From assembly GCA_051251855.1 (NCBI GenBank), contig JBPOGI010000006.1, positions 256,001 through 320,000 of the forward strand: a stretch of 64,000 nucleotides of DNA. The letters run 5' to 3'. The notes under the pieces were generated by a model. It was not told the DNA's origin and made no database searches. It was given only the letters and a program-made list of their open reading frames with translations. Positions 10,286-17,878 of this stretch are shown here, piece by piece. Every line of letters begins with the position of its first letter. Position 1 is the first letter of the stretch. A program made the position numbers and the translations under genes. This DNA is from Roseibacillus sp. Lineage in GTDB: Bacteria > Verrucomicrobiota > Verrucomicrobiia > Verrucomicrobiales > Akkermansiaceae.

Positions 10286-11221
10286 ATGAAAAACTCTGTT
10301 TTGAAAACTAGCAAAAGGCTTACTGAGAATATGGGGTTAGCGATTTCTTTCATCTTTCTAACAAGTTCTATTATCCAAGCGGAAGAGGTAAGGGCGCTTC
10401 CGGTGACGAAGGGGTTGGTCTTGGACCTTAATGCCAACACGGGAGTCGAAACCGAAGACGGTGATCGAGTGAAGGCTTGGCGCAATCAAGTAAAGGGGAG
10501 TGTCGCCGACGTCTTTGTGAAACAAGATGAGGGTCGCAAAGTTGCTGGCTCTGGGCGGCCCACTCTGAAGGAGAATGTTTCCGATCTCGGCGGTCACAGC
10601 GCGCTCCTTTTTGAAGAGCAGGAACTGATTAATCATCATGAGGACGCCTTTGACCATCTGGTGACAGGGAGTGGCTACACTTGGTTGTCAGTGATGTCGG
10701 TGACCAAGCAACACGTCGGGAAGAAGGATGTGAATTCTTTCTTCGGTAATCTTCGCAACGGTCATCCCTACGATGGTTTCTGGGGGAATTTGATGGATGA
10801 TAATCGCGTCTGGATGGGGACTCGCAATGGCCTTGCGCCTCAGCCCGACGGCAAAGGAAAACGCAAGAAGCCCGGCCTCTGGGATGAGGAACTCAATCCT
10901 TGCGTGGTAAGCGCCGAACCGATTGAGGAAGACCGTTTTTATCTCGTCATGGGGCGCATGGGTGCGGGGCAAGAAGAGGTCGATTTGGAGCTGTTCCTCA
11001 ACTCAACAACTCCCGTCGTTCAAAAGCCGGTGCCAGTGAATCCCGAGGCCAACCCTTCCAAGATGGCCATCGGCCAAGAACGCGATGCCATCAACCATCC
11101 GGGCAAAGAGTCTTTCCATGGACAGATGGCCCGCTTCCTCATCTTCGAACGTCCGCTGAGCGACGCGGAGTTGGGAGAGATGAGCCAGTTCTTAGCGAGG
11201 CTTTATCGGCTGAAAAAATAG
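10286..11221 (+). CDS. Secreted LamG/concanavalin-like beta-sandwich protein
   Basis: GLVLDLNA, VKAWRNQ, GRPTL and C-terminal FHGQMARFLIFERPLSDAE, typical of LamG-like domains. Start may be 10286 or 10331. Confidence 0.65.
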   Translation: MKNSVLKTSKRLTENMGLAISFIFLTSSIIQAEEVRALPVTKGLVLDLNANTGVETEDGDRVKAWRNQVKGSVADVFVKQDEGRKVAGSGRPTLKENVSDLGGHSALLFEEQELINHHEDAFDHLVTGSGYTWLSVMSVTKQHVGKKDVNSFFGNLRNGHPYDGFWGNLMDDNRVWMGTRNGLAPQPDGKGKRKKPGLWDEELNPCVVSAEPIEEDRFYLVMGRMGAGQEEVDLELFLNSTTPVVQKPVPVNPEANPSKMAIGQERDAINHPGKESFHGQMARFLIFERPLSDAELGEMSQFLARLYRLKK

Positions 11222-11249
11222 GAGGAGAGAGCGTTCTTAAAGAGTGTTT

Positions 11250-12848
11250 CTACCTTCGGCTCACCTGAACATTTCTGAACATGGAGGGATTGTCGCTAAG
11301 ACGCAGCGGCTGTCCGCTTTCTGTAGTGACGTCCTTGAGGATGGCCTGTTGAGTGAGCGTGTAGGGATATTTTTCCTTGTAGGAGTCATTGGTCAGCTTC
11401 GGATTGAAGTTCGCGAAGATAGTAGTGCTTTTCTCGTCTTTCGATGTCTTGGAGTCGACGATCTTGAGCTTGTCTATGAAGATGCGCGAGGGCATGTGGC
11501 AGGGGTAGCCGAAGTCGTGCTGCCCGTCGTTGAAGCCCGCTAGTAGACTTGCGCCCGAACTTTTTCCGCTTAGGACGAATTGACAATTGCGGACCGTAAT
11601 ATCTCCATTCCAAGTGCTGCCATAGTCCGAGCGCAGGTCGATGAGGTTTCGGCTCGTTACGGTGGTGTTCTCCATGAGAAAACTACCGCCGCCCGTGAGC
11701 TTGACTCCCATGTAGCCGATAGTGGAGTTGCGGATCGTGGCGTTGGTCACTCCCTGATGGGCGTCGAAGCGGGAAAGAGAACAGTTGTCGAAGGTGAGAT
11801 TCTTACAGAAGTTGGAGCCGACGATACCCCAATACTTGGAATCCATGATGTCGTTACTTTGGTGACAATTTAATAGGGTGACGTTCAACGCTCGGTTCAT
11901 GTTGATGTCATAGGAGCCCATGGCCACTTCCTTGCCTGCGTTACCTGTTTTTCTGTAGGTCTTGTGACCGGTTAGGATGGTGTTTTTCACCACGACATGG
12001 GCGCATTGAGCAATATCAAGAAACCCGCGGTAGGGCGCGCCAGTCGGACCTTCGCCCTTGATGAGGTGAACGAGTCCATCGACCGTCACATTGGAGCGAC
12101 GGATGGCAATCCCTCTCGCGTAATAATCGGTAACGTCAGAAGCATTGGCGATTGTGGTGAATTCTCCCCCGGTGATAAAGAGTGCTTCCTTATCGATAGG
12201 CAGCGCCTCAATTTTGGAGATGTGGTTGAAGTCCCAGATGATGGGGGTCTTGGGATCCACCTTCCCATTGTTGTCCACGAGGAAAACATCGGTCTGCGAG
12301 GAACCGTTATTCTGGTTTCGGCCACGGCGGATAAAGCGTTTGACCTTCGAGTCGGTGACCGTGACGACACAAGAGGCCGGAAGCCCCACGTCAATCGCGG
12401 GTTGGTTCTGCTTCAGGGATTCGATTGTCTTGAGATTGAGAGGCTTGAACGTGGAATTTACTGAGAAGAGATTCGCCCTGAAGTTTTCCAAGCTCGTATC
12501 GTCGATGATGAATTTCGCGGTCCCGAAATCGGTGGAGGTCTCGATGTTAATCGTTCGGTTCGCCCCGCCGAGGTAGTAAGTGACTCCGTCCTCCGCTCTG
12601 ACTGGAAGCTCGTTGGAATTGGCGAAATCATGAGCCTTGGCCAATGCCTCAAAATCGTCGGACTTCCCGTCGCCTATGGCACCAAAGTCGCGATATTTCA
12701 CGATGGTAATCTCTGGGCTTTGCTCGTGGCTTAGCTCTGTCTTGCCACTTGGTGGGTTGGCCCACAGCAAGCAATGGCTGGACAGCAAGATGACAAAGCT
12801 GACGAGGCCGTAGCTGACAGGGCGAGGGGAACGTATGGGTGCGAGCAT
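11250..12848 (-). CDS. Secreted right-handed beta-helix (pectin-lyase-fold) protein, putative glycan-acting enzyme
   Basis: Signal peptide, YRDFGAIGDGKSDDFEALAKAH (Pectate_lyase_3-type N-motif), repeated NVTxxNC/NxTIxN strands. Confidence 0.75.
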   Translation of the reverse strand: MLAPIRSPRPVSYGLVSFVILLSSHCLLWANPPSGKTELSHEQSPEITIVKYRDFGAIGDGKSDDFEALAKAHDFANSNELPVRAEDGVTYYLGGANRTINIETSTDFGTAKFIIDDTSLENFRANLFSVNSTFKPLNLKTIESLKQNQPAIDVGLPASCVVTVTDSKVKRFIRRGRNQNNGSSQTDVFLVDNNGKVDPKTPIIWDFNHISKIEALPIDKEALFITGGEFTTIANASDVTDYYARGIAIRRSNVTVDGLVHLIKGEGPTGAPYRGFLDIAQCAHVVVKNTILTGHKTYRKTGNAGKEVAMGSYDINMNRALNVTLLNCHQSNDIMDSKYWGIVGSNFCKNLTFDNCSLSRFDAHQGVTNATIRNSTIGYMGVKLTGGGSFLMENTTVTSRNLIDLRSDYGSTWNGDITVRNCQFVLSGKSSGASLLAGFNDGQHDFGYPCHMPSRIFIDKLKIVDSKTSKDEKSTTIFANFNPKLTNDSYKEKYPYTLTQQAILKDVTTESGQPLRLSDNPSMFRNVQVSRR

Positions 12849-12880
12849 GAGAAAAGGCGATGCCTGAACAGGTCCTAGTA

Positions 12881-12911
12881 TACCGATGAACTGCGTTACC
12901 GATGAACTGCG
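12881..12911. repeat. Tandem direct repeat TACCGATGAACTGCG x2 (16-nt period)
   Basis: Exact 15-mers at 12881-12895 and 12897-12911. Confidence 0.9.
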
Positions 12912-12985
12912 GAGCGTCTTACAGTCCGATGGCGAAGCCTTCTCAATGAAGTGGTTAGCACTCTGGGGGGGCGAGGGCGGTCAAT

Positions 12986-13201
12986 TTAGTCTTTGAGTGA
13001 CCACGAGGGATCCGTCACTGAGCCTATGGATTGGCGTTCTTTTTTGAAAATGGCAAATCCGCTCGAGATGAGCCGCCGAACGGGCGTTCCGCTGTCAGGG
13101 TGTTCGGTTAGCTTGGGGGCGTTCATGCTCTGTTTGACCTCGAAGCGAACAGGGGCTTCATCGGCATTCAGTGGAATCGTCTCATATACGTATGTGGGCA
13201 T
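12986..13201 (-). CDS. FmdB-like small regulatory protein (Cys-less variant)
   Basis: MPTYVYE...FEVKQSM...LTEHP...PVRRLIS matches the FmdB/zinc-ribbon pattern but has no Cys. Confidence 0.75.
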   Translation of the reverse strand: MPTYVYETIPLNADEAPVRFEVKQSMNAPKLTEHPDSGTPVRRLISSGFAIFKKERQSIGSVTDPSWSLKD

Positions 13202-13371
13202 TCTTCAATATGGCGACGATGCGCGCTCGGACACAACTCAATTTCAACCCGCATTAATCCCTAGGGTTCTCTGATTATAAGTTTTCTTGTTCAATGGCCT
13301 GCTGTTCTCAGATGCAGAGAGGTTTGGAGTGGCGAAGGAGGTTGGTGTAAATTTCCGTCTTTTGCTTCTGA

Positions 13372-14334
13372 ATGAGAACGTTACACTGCTGGAGGATGGA
13401 CGGATTCGACGCACCGTTTTTTGAGAGGCTCTGGTCGGCGTGTTATGCACGCTATCGGCGTCCGGTGGAGGGTGTCTTGCTGCCAGAAGAGGTGACTCAG
13501 GCGCAAGTGATGGAGCTGTGGGACCGTCTGTTGGCACGTTATCCAGAGTTGCCGGGCAAGCCTGCTTTTTCAGCAGCACTATTGGATGAAGCCTACGAGA
13601 CTTCTCGCCATCAAGTGAAGAGGGAGCGGGAAGAACAAGGGGATGTTCAGCTTCATCACGATCCAGAAGACCAGCGCTACCCATCCAACTTGAATCTCAC
13701 TCGTTTGCAGAAGCGGGATTTTGATGGCACCTCGTTTGGAGATAAGGAGTGGAGTGACCTTGTGCCATTCTTACGACCTTTCGGCTTTGCCGCCTTGGGG
13801 CGTAAGGGCCTGCGGGATCAGGATGCGGAGGATGTTTACATCGAGACGTTTGCGGAATTGCCCCGTCTCAAGGGCTCGGATCAACGAGCTCCGATCGAGA
13901 CCATCGTGGTCTTTGAGGAGGTGATTCCGCTCTTTACAAAGATGCTTCAGTTTCGAGCCATTGATTGGCGGCGGCGGCAGTCTTCCCTGAAGAATCAACC
14001 CAATACCCAACATTCCTATGAGGATTTGACGGAAGTAAGGGAGAATACGCGGCAATTTGAGGATAAGTCAGCGCGCGCCTTCGGAGACCCGAAGGATCTG
14101 ACTTTCGATCGCATTTATGAGCTTTGTGAGGATGAGTTGAGTCCGTTGGAGTGGGAGTTGGTTTTTGCGGTGCATGTGGGACAGACTCACACCATGGGCG
14201 AGTTGTTGGAGGAGGAGGAAATTCTCTCTAAATTGGATTTATCGCTAGCGGATTCGACGTCGAAAAAGAGGCGGATTCTGAATGAGCACTTGCACGGAGC
14301 ATTGCACAAATTGGCAAAAGTGCTGCAAAGTTGA
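13372..14334 (+). CDS. Atypical ECF-like sigma factor with an N-terminal extension resembling a second region 2
   Basis: GLRDQDAEDVYIETF...FTKMLQFRAIDWRRRQ (region 2); LSPLEWELVF...LHGALHKLAKVL (region 4 with an insertion). Confidence 0.7.
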   Translation: MRTLHCWRMDGFDAPFFERLWSACYARYRRPVEGVLLPEEVTQAQVMELWDRLLARYPELPGKPAFSAALLDEAYETSRHQVKREREEQGDVQLHHDPEDQRYPSNLNLTRLQKRDFDGTSFGDKEWSDLVPFLRPFGFAALGRKGLRDQDAEDVYIETFAELPRLKGSDQRAPIETIVVFEEVIPLFTKMLQFRAIDWRRRQSSLKNQPNTQHSYEDLTEVRENTRQFEDKSARAFGDPKDLTFDRIYELCEDELSPLEWELVFAVHVGQTHTMGELLEEEEILSKLDLSLADSTSKKRRILNEHLHGALHKLAKVLQS

Positions 14335-14378
14335 AAACGAGGCCCCTAGGCTTCGGTTATGGATATATCCCCGAAATA

Positions 14379-14978
14379 ATGAAGAATTCCCCCTCAAACG
14401 AAACTCCTGAAGAATTAAAAGGTATTACCGAAGTTCTCGAAAAAAGCCTTAGGCCCAGCCGTGATGAGGAGGTTCCGCCTATGCCCGATGATTTGCGTGA
14501 ACGGCTGAAGAGTCAATATGGCGAGGAAGCTGCGGCGGTGCGGCCTTCCGCCCAAGCGGGCGAAGGAATTTGGGCAAAGCTGCAGAGTCTTTTTGCTCAG
14601 CCTGCCTTTTCGGGAAGCTTGGCGGCTTTGGTCCTTGTGGGGGTGTTGATGTCGTTATTGATGCGCTCGAATCCTGTGAAGCCAAATGAGTCGATGCGAG
14701 GAACGACCGAGGTTCCTACCCAGGCGGCGACCACGATTTTATTGTATCAACTCGATGACGAGCAGTTGGCGGCCATCGAGGAGAGTGGCTATTTCGAAAG
14801 CAAGTTGCTGCAGCGTGTAGATGATGAAGAACAGCTCACCGAGTTGATATCGCAGCCAGGAAGAAGCATCATCGTCGATGGCGCGGCTGGAGAGCTTCGT
14901 CATGAAGATGGTCGCGTCATGGCCTTGCCTGAGAATGAGGCGATTTCGGATGCGATTACCGATTTGTTGAGTGAGTAG
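14379..14978 (+). CDS. Putative single-pass membrane anti-sigma factor
   Basis: Directly after the sigma gene. PPMPDDLRERLK cytoplasmic motif, TM helix FSGSLAALVLVGVLMSLLM, small periplasmic domain. Confidence 0.6.
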   Translation: MKNSPSNETPEELKGITEVLEKSLRPSRDEEVPPMPDDLRERLKSQYGEEAAAVRPSAQAGEGIWAKLQSLFAQPAFSGSLAALVLVGVLMSLLMRSNPVKPNESMRGTTEVPTQAATTILLYQLDDEQLAAIEESGYFESKLLQRVDDEEQLTELISQPGRSIIVDGAAGELRHEDGRVMALPENEAISDAITDLLSE

Positions 14979-15002
14979 CTCGCCGTTCACCTCTCTTCTT
15001 GG

Positions 15003-15242
15003 GCGTCAGCGGTCACTGAATCGGTAGGGAGTGGCGGCCCGCCGCGCCGTTGTTATCCATTGAATGGTATGCGGCTTTTTCTCGTAGCTAAGGAAACGTC
15101 TTTGGAAGGATTGCCAACCCTTTGTGGCGATCTTCCGCTTGGGACGAAGGTGTCAGTCCATTTGGAAAAGTGGCCAAAATCTCAATGAATAATTTGGGCG
15201 GACCGAGCCGTGCAGCCCTACCGGTTCAGTGACCGCTGACGC
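15003..15242. repeat. 240-bp element bounded by 27-bp inverted repeats (REPIN/MITE-like)
   Basis: GCGTCAGCGGTCACTGAATCGGTAGGG (15003-15029) matches the reverse complement of 15216-15242 at 26/27. GTAG-type REP-like hairpins lie inside the arms. Confidence 0.8.
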
Positions 15243-15283
15243 GCGAGATGAGGGTATGATTCCCATCCCATGAGAAATTTGAA

Positions 15284-16480
15284 CTAGAGATACTTATCGA
15301 AAATCTCGAACCAGGCGTCCACGAATTGGGTGCTGGAAAAGCTTTCCATACTTGGGCGCGCTCCTTGGCGGAGGCGGTTGACGAGATCGGATTGGGTGCC
15401 GAGTTGATGGAGCAGGGCGGTAATGTGATCCGTATTTTGAGGGGTGAAGGTGAAGCCGTTGACGTTGTTCTGCACAATCTCATGGGCGCCTGCTCGGTTG
15501 GAGACAATGACGGGAGCGCCGGCAGCAAGGGCTTCGTTGATGGTGAGGCCCCATTGGTCGTGGGTGCTCGCTAACAAGACTGTTTCAGCTAATTTGGCCG
15601 CGCGAGGAATTTGTTCGTAGGGGAGCCAGTCGACCAAGGTGATGCGATCGGTGAGATTCTTTTCGGCGATGAGCGCTTCCACGTCTTCGCGGAGTTCACC
15701 TTTGCCGGCCATCACGAGGCGGGGGAAGGTGTCGGTCTGTGCGTTGGCGGCGGCGTAGGCTTCGATGACGCGCGGGATGTTCTTCTTGGCAATGTAACGC
15801 ACGGGCATGAAGAAGAACTTCTCGCCTTCGCTCAACCCGAAAGTTTCGCGGATGGAGGCGTCGTTCTCTTCGTTGTCGGCTCGCTTGGCGATGTCTTCAT
15901 TGTCGAGCACGTTCCAGCCTGCAAATTGGGCAGGGCGCTTGGTGCCCGCGAGAAAGCGGGTGTAGTCTACACATTCCTGGCCGGAGCACATGAAGAAGTG
16001 ATAGATACGCATGAAGGGCACCTTGGCGGCTTCCATTGAAAAGGATTTTGAAAAGGACTCGGCATCGTTGAAGCGCGAGTCGTGCATGGGACCAGTCTTG
16101 AAAAAGAGGAGGCGTCCTAGCAGGCCGATGAGGAGACTGCTGGGTCGGTCGTAGCCACCGAGGAAGGCGATTTTGGGTTTGTTAGAGAGGACGTCGACGA
16201 AGGTTTCCCATGCGGTGCGGAGGGCGAGTCCGGAGGCGTAGGAGCGGAAGCCGAGGCCGTGGAATTGATGGGGGAAGATGGTGACGGGGACGCCGCCATA
16301 CTCAGACTCGATTTCGGCGTCCTGCCAGTTATAGTTGGGGTCCTTGGTGGAGAGAAGAAGAACGCGAAGACGGATTTTATCCTCGAGTCCACGTTTCTTA
16401 ATCTCCTCTTGCAGAGCAGTGACTCGGAAAGCCAAGTAGGGGGTGTGGCCGTCGAAGGTGATAAGGACGTTGGGCTTCAT
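15284..16480 (-). CDS. Glycosyltransferase family 4 (GT-B)
   Basis: RYIAKKNIPRVIEA, LVMAGKGE, STHDQWGLTINEALAAGAPVIVSNRAG, NGFTF. Confidence 0.92.
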   Translation of the reverse strand: MKPNVLITFDGHTPYLAFRVTALQEEIKKRGLEDKIRLRVLLLSTKDPNYNWQDAEIESEYGGVPVTIFPHQFHGLGFRSYASGLALRTAWETFVDVLSNKPKIAFLGGYDRPSSLLIGLLGRLLFFKTGPMHDSRFNDAESFSKSFSMEAAKVPFMRIYHFFMCSGQECVDYTRFLAGTKRPAQFAGWNVLDNEDIAKRADNEENDASIRETFGLSEGEKFFFMPVRYIAKKNIPRVIEAYAAANAQTDTFPRLVMAGKGELREDVEALIAEKNLTDRITLVDWLPYEQIPRAAKLAETVLLASTHDQWGLTINEALAAGAPVIVSNRAGAHEIVQNNVNGFTFTPQNTDHITALLHQLGTQSDLVNRLRQGARPSMESFSSTQFVDAWFEIFDKYL

Positions 16481-16607
16481 GAGAGAGCGTTCTTTGACTC
16501 AGAGTCTTAAAGGCAAAGAGGGCCCCAGAGAAAGGCCGCGTTAAACTTCAAAAAAGAAGTTCCGTGTTACCTCTGAGACTCGGTGTCGAAAATTGAAGTG
16601 AGAATTC

Positions 16608-17660
16608 CTAACCGATGCAAGCCTCGTAGATTTCGCCGAGAATGCCGTCGATGTCGTATTCGTATTTCCAGTCAGGGTAGTGGCTTTGGAACTTACGAAC
16701 GTCAGAAATATACCAGATGTGGTCGCCGATGCGGTTGTCTTCGAGGTAGCTGAACTCGAGCTTGTTGCCGGAGAGTTCTTCGCCCTTACGAATGGCTTCC
16801 ATCATGGAGCAGTTGGAATGACGGGAACCGCCGATGTTGTAGACTTCGCCGCTGCGAGGGGCGCGGTAGAAGTGCATGAAGGATTGGACAAGGTCGTGGG
16901 CGTGAATGTTGTCGCGCACCTGCTTACCCTTGTAGCCGAAGATGCGGTAAGGGTTTTTGTTGACGATGCACTTCATGAGGTAGGCGAGGAAGCCGTGCAG
17001 CTCGGCACCAGCGTGGGCGGGGCCGGTGAGGCAGCCACCACGGAAAACGGCGGTCTTCATGCCGAAGTATTTGCCGTATTCCTGCACCATGACGTCGGCA
17101 GCGACTTTGCTGGCTCCGAAGACGGAGTGCTTGCACATGTCGATGGACATATTTTCGTCGATGCCGATTTGGTAAGCGTGAGAAGGGTCGATTTCCCAAC
17201 GGAGCTCTTGCTCAATGAGAGGGAGTTCGTTGGGGCGGTCGCCGTAGACTTTATTGGTAGAAGTGAAGATGAAGACGGCTTCGGGGGCGTGCAGTCGAGT
17301 GGCCTCTAACATGTGGAGAGTGCCGGTAGCATTAACGCCGAAGTCGGTGAGGGGCTCTTTGGCCGCCCAGTCATGAGAAGGTTGCGCAGCGGTGTGGACG
17401 ATGAGGTCGATATCGCTGCCATATTTTTGGAAGATAGCGGCCACGTCTTCAAAGTTACGAATGTCTACCGCTTCGTGGACGAAGTTCTGAGAAAGATCCT
17501 GTAGCTCGGAGGTGGTGCCGGCGGTGGAGGCTTCGTCACCGAAGAAGTAGGCACGCATGTTGTTGTCGATACCGACGACCCGGTGGCCGTTTTTGAGGAG
17601 GGTTTTGACGGTCTCTGAACCGATGAGGCCGCTGGAGCCAGTAACAATCGCAGTTTTCAT
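16608..17660 (-). CDS. NAD-dependent nucleotide-sugar epimerase, CDP-paratose 2-epimerase-like
   Basis: [53 protein letters not shown]. Confidence 0.88.
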   Translation of the reverse strand: MKTAIVTGSSGLIGSETVKTLLKNGHRVVGIDNNMRAYFFGDEASTAGTTSELQDLSQNFVHEAVDIRNFEDVAAIFQKYGSDIDLIVHTAAQPSHDWAAKEPLTDFGVNATGTLHMLEATRLHAPEAVFIFTSTNKVYGDRPNELPLIEQELRWEIDPSHAYQIGIDENMSIDMCKHSVFGASKVAADVMVQEYGKYFGMKTAVFRGGCLTGPAHAGAELHGFLAYLMKCIVNKNPYRIFGYKGKQVRDNIHAHDLVQSFMHFYRAPRSGEVYNIGGSRHSNCSMMEAIRKGEELSGNKLEFSYLEDNRIGDHIWYISDVRKFQSHYPDWKYEYDIDGILGEIYEACIG

Positions 17661-17820
17661 ATAAGGGGTGAACAGGGGCCCTCAATCCGGGTCTTCAAGA
17701 GGTCTTGAAGTTGAACGGGAATTGAATGCACGGCATCTTATAATGATTTTGTCATGAAATGGCGAGCCTGAATTCGTTAAAATGTCCTTAGTCGCAAAGA
17801 GGTGCGGTTATTGATTGCGA

Positions 17821-17855
17821 AAAAAGCCTACTGCCATGAGAGGCAGTAGGCTTTT
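17821..17855. terminator. Bidirectional intrinsic terminator
   Basis: AAAAGCCTACTGCC-ATGAGA-GGCAGTAGGCTTTT perfect stem, just past the stop at 17879. Confidence 0.9.
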
Positions 17856-17878
17856 GGATTGCTGTGAAAATTCTTGGG

